A stretch of DNA of 32,000 bases from NCBI GenBank assembly GCA_032249095.1, contig JAVVGN010000004.1:14420-46419 (forward strand), given 5' to 3'. The position numbers and the translations under genes were made by a program. Below the pieces are notes generated by a model. That model was not told where the DNA came from. It did not search any database and saw only the letters and a list, made by a program, of their open reading frames with translations. This DNA comes from Candidatus Caldarchaeales archaeon (GTDB taxonomy: Archaea > Thermoproteota > Nitrososphaeria_A > Caldarchaeales > Calditenuaceae). Positions 18,304 to 27,661 of this stretch are shown here, in pieces (positions within the stretch are counted from its first letter, which is position 1; each line of letters begins with the position of its first letter).

Positions 18304-19692
18304 CTATACAGCGAGCCTTCGCGCCTTGCTCCTATAGTGCTCTCTCATCTCGGCGTTAAAGGGTAGATTCATGATTGCTTCTAAGACTTTTTCGGCCTGC
18401 TCGAAGTTCCTCGTCCTTGGATCACTGGTCAGCTCCTCCAGCAAGACGTCTTTGTCGCCGGTCAGGAAAGCCTCGAGGCCGAGTTCCATCCTATAGATCC
18501 TCACCTTTATCACCATCTCCAGCACCCTCTTCGGGAGCTGTGATACCCTCAGGGGTCTCACCCCCTTAGCAGAAACAACTCCAGGCACCTCTACGACGAC
18601 GTTGTGCGGTATTCCGTCTATCGCTCCATTGTTGGGGACATTTACTTGGTAGATAGCTTCCTTATCGTTCACTATCGAGTCAATTACAGGGACAACCGAC
18701 TCGTCGCTAAGCACGGGTGGGACTTCACTAGTAATTGGCGTAGAGGGGTCGTCCGCTATTTGGGTAAGCCTTTCAAGCCTCATCCGGAGGTGGTTGAGGT
18801 ATCTCTGCCAACCGAGCTCGGAGTCAAAGCCTCCAAGCGGCCCATACCACTTCTTCTTGGTTTCTAAGCTGTAGTGGTACTTCCAGCCCCCGCTTCGCGT
18901 CGTGTCACCTATGGGGAAAAGCCCATACCGCCGATACATGTCCACAGCTGCGGGAGACATCTGCGTTTCCCAGTAATCTGGCTCCCAGACTCTCCAGTAC
19001 TCCTCAGCCCTCTTCTCAATCCACTCGTCGATGAGTGGGTAGGCGTTCTCACCCTTAAAGCGGAAGTCAGTCAGCCAGATGCAGTGGTTTAGCCCCGGGG
19101 CTTCGAAGGTTACGTCGCGGTAGTCAAGTCCGAGGGTGGAGGCGAGCTCTCTATACATGAGATGACCGTGGCATAGGCCGATGATCTTGATCCGAGAAAT
19201 GCGGTGACCGAGGGTGCATAGCTCGAATAACGGGTTTGCGATATTTATGAGCCACGCGTCGGGGCAGATCTTCTCCATGTCGAGGAGTATGTCTGTGAAG
19301 AGTTTAAGCTGGTTATAACCACCGAAGACGTGGTAGTCTGAGACCATGTTGTGATCCACGGCGTCGATCCCTCTGTAGTAGCCGTGCTTCTCGGCGACCT
19401 CTCTCTGGATCTCGTAGTTCTGGTGCCCCCCAGCTAGGGCGGCGTTTATCACGAAGTCCGCGTCCTTCAGCGCCTCGGCCCTACTCGTTGCTGCCCTAAA
19501 CCTTAAGTCTGCGTTAGTCTCTCGGGCGTACCTCGTTGCAAGCTCGTGAATCACTCGGAGCCTCTCCCTATCTATGTCCATGAGGGTTACGTTGGAGCCC
19601 CAGAGGCTCTTGGTGACGCAGAGATCTGCAACAAGCTGGATAGACCAGACGGCGCTTCCCGCACCTATCACCGCAAGGTTTATCTGGGCCAC
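18304..19692 (-). CDS. Glycoside hydrolase family 4 (NAD+/Mn2+-dependent alpha-glucosidase/galactosidase-type)
   Basis: Rossmann N-terminus INLAVIGAGSAVWS, plus GGHQNYEIQREVAEKHGYY, INIANP and IIGLCHG, characteristic of GH4. GTG start. Confidence 0.85.
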   Translation of the reverse strand: MAQINLAVIGAGSAVWSIQLVADLCVTKSLWGSNVTLMDIDRERLRVIHELATRYARETNADLRFRAATSRAEALKDADFVINAALAGGHQNYEIQREVAEKHGYYRGIDAVDHNMVSDYHVFGGYNQLKLFTDILLDMEKICPDAWLINIANPLFELCTLGHRISRIKIIGLCHGHLMYRELASTLGLDYRDVTFEAPGLNHCIWLTDFRFKGENAYPLIDEWIEKRAEEYWRVWEPDYWETQMSPAAVDMYRRYGLFPIGDTTRSGGWKYHYSLETKKKWYGPLGGFDSELGWQRYLNHLRMRLERLTQIADDPSTPITSEVPPVLSDESVVPVIDSIVNDKEAIYQVNVPNNGAIDGIPHNVVVEVPGVVSAKGVRPLRVSQLPKRVLEMVIKVRIYRMELGLEAFLTGDKDVLLEELTSDPRTRNFEQAEKVLEAIMNLPFNAEMREHYRSKARRLAV

Positions 19693-19738
19693 GAGAGCAC
19701 AGTTCTACAGCCTCTAATAAGTTTAACCCGGCCCGGGC

Positions 19739-20433
19739 GGTATTGTCAAGTTGGTATTACCTCTTCTTTTCCTGGTCTGATGATGTTGTGCATTGCTGCA
19801 ATTGCGGTTGCCAGCTCTTCTAGGCTCTTCAGCTTCTTCGAGTTCACGTTGTTGTAGAACCTCTTAGTCCTTTCCTTCATTTCCCTGAACAACCTCTCCA
19901 TCCTGTCCCTTTTACCGAAGGCCACATGGAAGTAAATTATTCCCAATCTCTCCAATTGCCCATCTATACCACGGCCCTCTATCTACTACTATGAGTGGCT
20001 TACCTTCACATGAGTCCAATACCTTCCTTAGGAACTTGATTGCGCTTGGAATCCCCTCGACGCGTATACGGCCAATACCTCTTTGGTATCAACGTCTATT
20101 TCGGCCCAAAGATAACAGGTCTGACCATTCACCTTCAGGACAGCCTCATCTACAGCTACAAGCCTCCTCACCCTCCTGAACGGCCTTAAGAGAGACGAGA
20201 ACCTGTGAACCCATATCCTGACCGATTCCCTAGACGCGCCGGTTAGACATAGCCTCTCTGAGAGACCCCTCAAGCTAAGACCTGCTGCGAAGAGAGAGAA
20301 GGAATAGAGCTTCTCGAGGGGAGAGTACCTGCGGGATCGAAATAGATTGGAGAAAGATTCCAGTACGGCATCGATGACGTGCATCATGGCCAGAGACCCA
20401 TCCCAAAAGGCTTAAGTAAAACTTGTCAGTACC
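19739..20433 (-). mobile_element. IS6-family insertion sequence (about 695 bp) with imperfect ~14-bp terminal inverted repeats
   Basis: Ends are GGTATTGTCAAGTT (19739-19752) and AACTTGTCAGTACC (20420-20433). It encodes a DDE transposase resembling archaeal IS6 (ISPfu-like) enzymes. Confidence 0.8.
19746..20387 (-). pseudogene. IS6-family DDE transposase, disrupted by two compensating frameshifts
   Basis: Frame 0 gives ...LVAVDEAVLKVNGQTCYLWAEIDVDTKEVLAVYASRG, then a stop. A shifted frame across 19960-20060 reads GIPSAIKFLRKVLDSCEGKPLIVVDRGPWYRWA. Frame 0 then resumes with LERLGIIYFHVAFGKRDRMERLFREMKERTKRFYNN. Confidence 0.85.
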
Positions 20434-20481
20434 CCCGGACCTGTAGCAACATTTTTAGAGACCTGCACCACCGTACCTATT

Positions 20482-22071
20482 GTGCCATCAGCTTCAAAGG
20501 TGACATACGTAACACTGTTCGGAGACCCTACAATTCACCCGAGGTTCGAGGAGGCTCTTAGGGTGGTTGAGGAGAAGTATCTCGGGAAGAGGTATCCCCT
20601 GCATATAGGAGACAAGGAGGTCTGGTCCGACGTCGGCGAGTTCGAGGACCGCAGCCCCATCGACACCTCACTTGTCCTCGGCAGGTTCCAGAAGGCTAGG
20701 CGCGAACATATCAAGACAGCAATAGACGCAGCCGAGCAAGCCTTCGCGGCGTGGTCAGAGCGCGATTGGAGGGAGAGGGTCAGCCTGATGAGACGGGTCG
20801 CGCAGGTGATCGATGAGAGAAAGTTCGAGATTGCGGCCGTGATATCTCTCGAGGTGGGGAAAAACCGTCTCGAGGCGCTTGCCGAGTGCTGGGAAGCCAT
20901 CGACGCGCTCCAATACTATGCTCGTGTGATGGAGGAGAATAATGGTTACGAAAAGGAGCTGGGACCCGGGGCTCCTGGAGAGGCCTGTAAGATGGTGGCG
21001 AGGCCATACGGAGTGTGGGTGGTCATATCGCCCTTTAACTTCCCGTTCATGCTTGCCAACGGAATGATTCTCGGAGCACTCATAACTGGGAATACAGTAG
21101 TGTTTAAGCCAACGAGCGAGGCACCCCTCGCCGGCTACCTACTCTATCGGGTCTTTAGAGACGCGGGTGTCCCACCAGGCGTCATCAACTATCTCACAGG
21201 CGCAGGAGAAGTCTTCGAGGAAGAGGTCACAACCAACACCAAGGTTGCGGGTATAGCTTTCACGGGCTCGAGAGACGTAGGGATGAGGCTATACAGAAAG
21301 TTTCTGACAAGCCAGCCCTACCCAAAGCCCATAGTCCTTGAGATGGGGAGCAAAAACCCGACAATAGTGACTGACAAGGCGGACATCGAGAAGGCCGTGA
21401 CAGGGGTGATCAGGGCTGCTTTTGGATACGGTGGACAGAAATGCTCCGCAACCTCTCGCCTATACGTACATGAGAAGATACATGACGCCTTTCTGGAGCG
21501 GCTGGTCTCAGAGACCTCCAAGCTCAAGATTGGTGACCCGCGAGAACGCGACACGTTTATGGGACCAGTTATCAATAGGGCGGCTCTCGAGAGGTTTAGG
21601 AGGGCCGTGGAGGAGGCGAAAAAGGCTGGAAGAATAGTATATGGCGGCGAGGTCCTGAGCGGCGGAATATTCGACAAGGGCTTCTACGCACAGCCGACAA
21701 TAATTGTTGATGTCCCACAAGGGCACAGGCTGTGGAAAGAAGAGCTTTTCCTCCCGATACTCCTTGTCTCCAAGTTCAGTAGCTTAGAAGAAGCACTAAG
21801 GATGGCTAACGACACGGAGTATGGCTTAACGGCCGGCATCTTCTCGGAAGACCCAACTGAGATCGAGTACTTCTTCAGAAACATAGGGTTCGGGGTCACG
21901 TATGCCAACCGGAGAGGAGGCTCAACGACGGGGGCATGGCCCGGCGCCCAGACCTTCGTTGGCTGGAAGGCTAGCGGCGCTACGGGAAGAGGAGTCGGGG
22001 GGCCAAACTATCTCTTAAACTATTTGAGGGAACAGTCGCGTACCGTAGTTGTAGAGAAGTCGCAGGGCTAG
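20482..22071 (+). CDS. 1-pyrroline-5-carboxylate (glutamate-gamma-semialdehyde) dehydrogenase-type aldehyde dehydrogenase
   Basis: 529 aa. N-terminal region resembles stand-alone P5CDHs (RYPLHIGDKEV...). Also ISPFNFP, FTGSRDVG, LEMGSKNP and the catalytic Cys in GQKCSATSRLYV. GTG start. Confidence 0.85.
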   Translation: MPSASKVTYVTLFGDPTIHPRFEEALRVVEEKYLGKRYPLHIGDKEVWSDVGEFEDRSPIDTSLVLGRFQKARREHIKTAIDAAEQAFAAWSERDWRERVSLMRRVAQVIDERKFEIAAVISLEVGKNRLEALAECWEAIDALQYYARVMEENNGYEKELGPGAPGEACKMVARPYGVWVVISPFNFPFMLANGMILGALITGNTVVFKPTSEAPLAGYLLYRVFRDAGVPPGVINYLTGAGEVFEEEVTTNTKVAGIAFTGSRDVGMRLYRKFLTSQPYPKPIVLEMGSKNPTIVTDKADIEKAVTGVIRAAFGYGGQKCSATSRLYVHEKIHDAFLERLVSETSKLKIGDPRERDTFMGPVINRAALERFRRAVEEAKKAGRIVYGGEVLSGGIFDKGFYAQPTIIVDVPQGHRLWKEELFLPILLVSKFSSLEEALRMANDTEYGLTAGIFSEDPTEIEYFFRNIGFGVTYANRRGGSTTGAWPGAQTFVGWKASGATGRGVGGPNYLLNYLREQSRTVVVEKSQG

Positions 22072-22511
22072 GGGGTTCGCCCAGCCACCAGCCTCATGTG
22101 CTCCCGCATCATGCATCTATTCCACACGACTGTTATGCCAGATCCCTGAAGAAGCTTGGCTGCCTCGGCATTGTAGATCCCTTCCTGCATCCAAAATACG
22201 CGAGGCCTAATCTTGATGGCCTGCTGAGCAACCTCTAAAACCTGATCGGAGGGCCTGAAAACATCCACCACGTCGACAACAGACTCCAGCTCAAGCAAAC
22301 TCCTATATGACTTAAGGCCCAGGATCTCAGTGGCGGCTGGATTCACGGGCAAAACAACATAGCCCCTCGAGATGAGGTACCTGGGTACAAAGTTCGCGGG
22401 TTTATTGGGGTCTCGCGACATACCCACTACGGCGATTCTCTTCGACTCCAAGAGAATTTTTTTGATCTCAGCATCAGAGAGCCCGTCAGGGGGGATGCCG
22501 CCCGCCTCCAC
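22068..22511 (-). CDS. CoA-binding domain protein (YccU/YneT family)
   Basis: IAVVGMSRDPNKPANFVPRYLISRGYVVLPVNP and VVDVFRP are typical of this family. Confidence 0.8.
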   Translation of the reverse strand: MEAGGIPPDGLSDAEIKKILLESKRIAVVGMSRDPNKPANFVPRYLISRGYVVLPVNPAATEILGLKSYRSLLELESVVDVVDVFRPSDQVLEVAQQAIKIRPRVFWMQEGIYNAEAAKLLQGSGITVVWNRCMMREHMRLVAGRTP

Positions 22512-22690
22512 GCTATGAAAAATCAGGCCGCCAACATATGAGGATTTTTCTGCTTGGAAAGTTTAGGCCAAGCCTGTAAAGTCTTTTGCAACGTCTCTAA
22601 ACTTTTATGGTCGTGTGAGGTCCGGTCTGAGGTCTATCTAGTCCCCTCCTATCGCTTTAACAATATTCAGAGTCAGGCTACGCGATCTTC

Positions 22691-23545
22691 TCATCTAACG
22701 AATCCGAGTGTAAGCCCCCTGATCAGGTATTTCTGAATAATGATGGCCGTCACCGTAACCGGCACCGCGGTTATGACTGCGGCGGCGGAGAGCGGCCCCC
22801 AGAGAATCCCGTATTGGTTCGAGAAGTAGCCTGCGAAGACGGTCAGGGGCATTGCTTGCTCGCCTGGAGCTAGAAGCAATGGTATTAGAAACTCCGACCA
22901 GCTGAATATGAAGGCGAAGATGGCTGATGTGGCGAGGCCTATCGAGGCTTGTGGCAGAGAGATTTTGTAGAAAGCCTGGAAGTGGGTGCAGCCGTCTATA
23001 AGTGCAGCCTCCTCGGTCTCCCGAGGGATACTCTTGAAGGTTCCTATCATGAACCAAGTAGTAATCGGCAGTGTAATCACTGGGTAGACTAGGATGAGGC
23101 CAGGTATGGAGTTGTACAGTCCTATAGTCTTGGTCATCACGACTAGTGGATAAAGTATTACGACGGGCGGGATCATTCTGAGGCTGAGGATCCAGTTCGC
23201 GAACGTTGTCCCGCCTGCCATAAACCTGACGATGCCGTACGCTGTCAGGGCTCCCAGCAGACTAGTTATCAAAGCGACGACGCTTGAGACGGTCAAACTG
23301 TTCACTAAGTATCGTATAATGGGTGGGAAGTGGCCCCTTACGCCATATACACCGCCGCTCACCAAGATCTCATAATAGTTCCTTAGCGTGGCCTCGTTTG
23401 GTATTAGAGTCGGTAACCCCCACTCCCCTATAGGCTTGAAGGACGTGCCTATCATCCAGATAAAGGGGAGTAGGTATAGAACTGCGAAGATCCAGGCAGC
23501 CAAACTATAAGCGACCGCCCGCAGGGTAACAGCCAACCTACTCAC
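22691..23545 (-). CDS. CUT1-family sugar ABC transporter permease (MalG-like)
   Basis: Six-TM permease with EAA loop ETEEAALIDGCTHFQAFYKISLPQA. Confidence 0.85.
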   Translation of the reverse strand: MSRLAVTLRAVAYSLAAWIFAVLYLLPFIWMIGTSFKPIGEWGLPTLIPNEATLRNYYEILVSGGVYGVRGHFPPIIRYLVNSLTVSSVVALITSLLGALTAYGIVRFMAGGTTFANWILSLRMIPPVVILYPLVVMTKTIGLYNSIPGLILVYPVITLPITTWFMIGTFKSIPRETEEAALIDGCTHFQAFYKISLPQASIGLATSAIFAFIFSWSEFLIPLLLAPGEQAMPLTVFAGYFSNQYGILWGPLSAAAVITAVPVTVTAIIIQKYLIRGLTLGFVR

Positions 23546-24434
23546 CCCATATAACTCGCTTGACGTTTAGCGCACGGGTCAGGACGAAAAGTACAAGAGC
23601 CGTGGCAATCATCAGGAGCACTACTGCTAGGAGAGACGCGTACCCGATGTCCGCTTTAGGAGCCGTGAGCGTGAATCCCACCTTATAGATATAGAAGGGT
23701 AAGGTTGTTGTAACGTTGCCAGGCCCTCCCGCGGTAAGCATATAGATTATGTCAAAGATCTTCAGTGAGTCTATTATCCGGAGGAGGAGGACTATTATTA
23801 TGACCGTCTTGCTGAGGGGCAGAACAATATGTCTGATCAACTGAGTTCTTGAGGCTCCGTCGATCTCAGCGGCCTCCTTCACAAACGGCGGTACGCTCTC
23901 TATGCCGCTGGCCACTGCGAGTGCTACAAAGGGGGTCCACTGCCAGATATCCAAGACTGCGAGGACGAAGAGGGTGTTGAAGGGATTGCCGAAGGGGGCG
24001 CTCAGCCAGGGCTGGGTCTGTAGGCCAACAGATTCAAGAAAAGTGTTCAAAGGCCCGTACGTGAAGAAGACCATCTTCCAGTTTAGACCCGTAATTATTG
24101 CGGGAATGCTTAGCGGGACAAGCATTATTGACCTGAGAACAACCTTCCCCCTTAGGTGAGGCGACGTGAAGAAGATCGCAAGTAACGTGCCAAGCGCTAT
24201 CTCAACCGGCACAGTCACGCCCATTAGCACAAGCATAGCGAGGATCGAGTAGTGCGCATCTACATCTGTTATGAGTGTCGAGAAGTTTTGGAGACCGGAG
24301 AACCTAACTGTGATCTCGTATAGCGGGTTAAACGAGTGGAAGATCATGTAATAAAGATAGATGGTAGGATAGACCACAAGTACAACGAGGAACGCTAGAG
24401 TCGGAAGGATGAAGGGGACGCCCTGAGACCTCAT
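23538..24434 (-). CDS. CUT1-family sugar ABC transporter permease (MalF/UgpA-like)
   Basis: EAA loop VKEAAEIDGASRTQLIRHIVLPL. Overlaps the downstream permease by 8 nt. Confidence 0.85.
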   Translation of the reverse strand: MRSQGVPFILPTLAFLVVLVVYPTIYLYYMIFHSFNPLYEITVRFSGLQNFSTLITDVDAHYSILAMLVLMGVTVPVEIALGTLLAIFFTSPHLRGKVVLRSIMLVPLSIPAIITGLNWKMVFFTYGPLNTFLESVGLQTQPWLSAPFGNPFNTLFVLAVLDIWQWTPFVALAVASGIESVPPFVKEAAEIDGASRTQLIRHIVLPLSKTVIIIVLLLRIIDSLKIFDIIYMLTAGGPGNVTTTLPFYIYKVGFTLTAPKADIGYASLLAVVLLMIATALVLFVLTRALNVKRVIWGE

Positions 24435-24460
24435 CGCGTCATCAAAACCAGCGGAGCTGC

Positions 24461-24498
24461 CTACTATTTATTTGTGCAGTGATAAAGCATATATAGTA
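24461..24498. promoter_or_regulatory. Back-to-back promoters of the permease operon and the binding-protein gene
   Basis: TATTTATTT (24465-24473) lies about 35 nt from the permease start at 24434. CATATATAG (24488-24496) lies about 29 nt from the binding-protein ATG at 24521. Confidence 0.5.
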
Positions 24499-24520
24499 TC
24501 TAGCTGCCGAATTATCGAAG

Positions 24521-26005
24521 ATGTCGCGGCGGTCTGACCTTATCACTAGGCGCGAGGCGCTGTCAACGGCCGCCAAGGTCGGGATCGGCGTTGCTGTTGC
24601 AGCAGTCGTTGCTGGGGCTGGCTTATACGCCATGAGCGCCCTTCAGCCACCAGCTAAGAAGAAGATCAGGGTTGTGGCTATTGCTCACTCTGCGCCAGGC
24701 ATGAAGGCTGTCGCCGAGGAGGACTTTACGGTGAAGTATCCCAACATCGAGGTTGAGCTTCTTCTCTTCGACTGGGAGACAGGGAGAGACAGGCAGCTTC
24801 ACGACTTCGCCACAAGGGCCGGCGAGTACGATGTCTACATGTGGGACTGCATCTACACCGGAGCTTTCGGTCCGCACTGCTTCCCTATCGACGAGCTGAA
24901 GAGCAGGTATCCCGACGCAGAGATATTCAAAGAGTATGGGGACTTCCTCGAGACTATTGATAGGAGGTACATGCACTGGGAGGGTAAGAGGATTGGATAC
25001 GTGATCACTGCCAACGTAATGGCCATGTTCTACAGGAGAGACCTGTGGGAGGACCAAAGAATCAAGGACATGTACTCTAAGTGGATCGACAAGAATCTGT
25101 CAGACCTTCAAGCAAATGCGCCGAGCATAGGTCTTGACCCAAAGAAGATACCGACGAGTCTTGTCGTCCCCAAGACGCTTGAGGACGTATATGCCATAGG
25201 CCGTTTCTTCACAAAGAGGTATAACCCTGACTCTCCTGTCGACGCCGGAAACGCCTTCATGGCTATGAGGACACACACGATTCATTGGGAGTTCGCCTGG
25301 CTCTTCGCCCAGTGGCGCAGATCCCCAGAGGGGCTTTCTAAGCTTGGACAGCCGGTAGAGCCTTGGGGAGACCTCTTCACGCAGGACGGCAAGATTGCTT
25401 TTGACCCAGACATAACCGACTACGGCGTCAAGACGATGAGGATGTTTAAGGAGTTCTGCAACTATGTACCGAACGCCACCCAGACCGAGTGGAGCGAGTG
25501 CATGGAGCTTCTTGGAAGGGGCAGGGCCGCGATGTGGGCAGGCTCTTGGGCCTCAACCTTTATAGACTTCATCGAGAAGGGCGCGCAGGAGTTCCCCGAG
25601 ACCGCTGGGAAGATCTGGGTGTCGCCGTCGCCGGGAGTCCCGATGGACGGTACATGGCAGATAGGTGTGAGCCGATACTCTAAGAACCCGCGTGAGGCGT
25701 GGCTCTTCACCCAGTTCCTCGTGCTACCCGACTCTGCCGTTAAGCAGTGGAACGTCGCCTCCTCCTTCCCGGGAAGGAAGAGCGTTATTGAGGCTCTTGC
25801 GCCCAAGTATCCTGGGATATTCAAGGAAGTGTTCCTCGAGTCGCTGCTTAAGGCTGGCTTTAGGAACTATGTGCCCGAGAACCCGATGCTTGAGGACTCG
25901 ATCGCCAAATGGGTAACCGAGTATGTTGCTGGGAGGATAGACGAGGAAACGGCGACAGTTGAGCTAACCAAGGAGTGGAAGAGCATCCTTAAGCTCAGCT
26001 ACTAG
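24521..26005 (+). CDS. ABC transporter extracellular solute-binding protein (family 1, sugar type) with a Tat-like/anchor N-terminus
   Basis: N-terminal TRREALSTAAKVGIGVAVAAVVAGAGLYA, then a large periplasmic-binding-protein-like domain. Divergent from the two CUT1 permeases. Confidence 0.8.
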   Translation: MSRRSDLITRREALSTAAKVGIGVAVAAVVAGAGLYAMSALQPPAKKKIRVVAIAHSAPGMKAVAEEDFTVKYPNIEVELLLFDWETGRDRQLHDFATRAGEYDVYMWDCIYTGAFGPHCFPIDELKSRYPDAEIFKEYGDFLETIDRRYMHWEGKRIGYVITANVMAMFYRRDLWEDQRIKDMYSKWIDKNLSDLQANAPSIGLDPKKIPTSLVVPKTLEDVYAIGRFFTKRYNPDSPVDAGNAFMAMRTHTIHWEFAWLFAQWRRSPEGLSKLGQPVEPWGDLFTQDGKIAFDPDITDYGVKTMRMFKEFCNYVPNATQTEWSECMELLGRGRAAMWAGSWASTFIDFIEKGAQEFPETAGKIWVSPSPGVPMDGTWQIGVSRYSKNPREAWLFTQFLVLPDSAVKQWNVASSFPGRKSVIEALAPKYPGIFKEVFLESLLKAGFRNYVPENPMLEDSIAKWVTEYVAGRIDEETATVELTKEWKSILKLSY

Positions 26006-26022
26006 TCGATAATTTACACCAA

Positions 26023-26985
26023 CTATTTTTTCTGCTTCCACCAGGCAAGGAGCGAGATGAATTCGTACAGGATGTTTGCCGCCAATATGGCCGTTATTTC
26101 GCCGTGGTCGTAGGGTGGGGAGACCTCTACCAAGTCGAAACCGACGAAGCGAAGCCCCTTTAGCCCCCTGACCATAGAGAGGGCCTCGCGGGACGTTAGT
26201 CCGCCCACTTCGGGGGTTCCAGTGCCCGGGGCATAGGCAGGGTCGCAGACATCTATGTCGAAGGAGACATAGCATGGACAGCCTTCTACACGCCTCGCCA
26301 AGTCCCTTACAACTGCCTCAACGCCAACGCTTTCGAGCTCGTCCATCATGACCACCCTGAAGCCAGCCATCTCAGCCTCAAGGACCTCATCCTCGCTGAA
26401 CAAGCTGCCACGTATGCCGATGTGCGCGGAGCGCTCCGGATCTATAAGCCCCTCCTCTAGGGCGCGCCTGAAGACTGTGCCGTGAGTATATCTCTGGCCG
26501 AAGTGTGACTCAACCAGGTCCAGATGTGAGTCGAAATGTATCAACGCGACTTTGCCGTGGATCTTGCTGACCTCTCTGAGTAGTGGGAGGGTTATCGAGT
26601 GGTCGCCGCCGCAGACAACAGGCGTGACCCCTGCCTTCAGGACCGCGGAGATCTCCTGAGAGATATTCTCGTAGGTTCGTTCGAGGCTGTTTGGGACTAC
26701 AGCCACATCTCCCATGTCTGCAACCTCTAGGACGTCGAAGGGCTTTACGCGTAGTGCCGGGTTGTAGAGTCTGAGTAGGAGGGACCCGTTCCTGACAGCT
26801 AGGGGGCCGAGCCGGGTGCCGCTTCGGAATACGACACCGCCGTCGAAGGGTATGCCTATGAATGCTGCGTCAAGGCCCGCTGGGTCGCGAGTGTAGGGCA
26901 GCCGGGCGAATGTGATGGGCCCGGTGAAGCGGGGGGTCGTAAGCGAGTCCGCCGGATAATATCTCTTATTCATGCGGCTTGACAT
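26023..26985 (-). CDS. speB: Agmatinase-family ureohydrolase
   Basis: Mn-binding arginase-fold motifs GGDHSITLPLL, IHFDSHLDL and SFDIDVCDPAYAPGTGTPEVGGLT. Confidence 0.9.
   Translation of the reverse strand: MSSRMNKRYYPADSLTTPRFTGPITFARLPYTRDPAGLDAAFIGIPFDGGVVFRSGTRLGPLAVRNGSLLLRLYNPALRVKPFDVLEVADMGDVAVVPNSLERTYENISQEISAVLKAGVTPVVCGGDHSITLPLLREVSKIHGKVALIHFDSHLDLVESHFGQRYTHGTVFRRALEEGLIDPERSAHIGIRGSLFSEDEVLEAEMAGFRVVMMDELESVGVEAVVRDLARRVEGCPCYVSFDIDVCDPAYAPGTGTPEVGGLTSREALSMVRGLKGLRFVGFDLVEVSPPYDHGEITAILAANILYEFISLLAWWKQKK
26026..26031 (+). terminator. Possible oligo-T terminator after the binding-protein gene
   Basis: T6 run 21 nt past the stop codon. Archaeal termination commonly uses oligo-T. 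It overlaps the last codons of the convergent agmatinase gene. Confidence 0.3.
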
Positions 26986-27046
26986 GCTTCCCTAAGCACA
27001 CGCCTGCCGGCGATATATAGGCAGCACCCAAGAAGAGTGGCGCCCA

Positions 27047-27340
27047 GGGACCGACACACCTGGCCGCAGAGGGCCGTGGCGGGTGTGCGTTCCGTCTGAT
27101 GTGGGATGGTCCCCGAAGGGAGTGGAGATGCTTCCTGCGCCTGTTGGCGCCGCCGGGGAGTGTCCTCCCCGCCCGTGTCCCCCTGAAGAGTGGCTCCCGG
27201 GTCGGGGCGAGGTCTTTGGGCTGGCGGGCGAGTCTGGATGTGGTAAGACAACGCTGATGCGCGTGATTTACAGGGACATAACCCCGCCGCTCAGGTTCTT
27301 GTAGGGGGAGGTGAAGCTTAGGGTCCGCGATGGGGAGGAG
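27047..27340 (+). pseudogene. Dpp/Opp-type ABC ATPase remnant, N-terminal piece (Walker A)
   Basis: [32 protein letters not shown], then an in-frame TAG (27302-27304), then [12 protein letters not shown]. Upstream codons are scrambled across frames (RAVAGV in another frame). Confidence 0.8.
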
Positions 27341-27661
27341 GTGGGCTCGTCTGCCAGAACTAGGCTGGGGTTCAGTATTGTTGCCAAGCTGATGACTGTC
27401 CTCTGGCGCATCCCTCCGCTGAGCTGGTGGGGGTAGGAGTTTAGCACCCTCTCGCTTAGCCCTAGTTCTTGGAGCTTCTCCTTTACCTGGCGCAGGACCT
27501 CCTCCTTGTTGACCCTCCCATACTTCTGGAATATCTCGAGGAATTGGTTCTTTATCCTCGATGTGGGGTTCATGACAGACATCGAGCCCTGAGGAATATA
27601 CGATATCACTTTTGTCCGCATCTTCATGAGGGACTGCTGGTCCAGCTTGTAGAGATCTACC
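27340..27661 (-). pseudogene. Same ABC ATPase, middle piece (Q-loop, signature, Walker B) in inverted orientation
   Basis: The minus strand reads [32 protein letters not shown]...[33 protein letters not shown]. Confidence 0.85.

Noticed and set aside
24462-24498. TACTAT ... ATAGTA inverted hexamers in the divergent sugar-transporter promoter as a TrmB-like operator.
   Set aside because: It is only a 6-bp inverted repeat with a ~25-bp spacer inside A/T-rich promoter DNA, which is not distinguishable from chance.
27302-27304. The in-frame TAG in the ABC ATPase as a possible pyrrolysine codon.
   Set aside because: The gene is otherwise wrecked (inversion, scrambled 5' end, truncation), and nothing in the window suggests Pyl machinery. 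It is a plain nonsense mutation.
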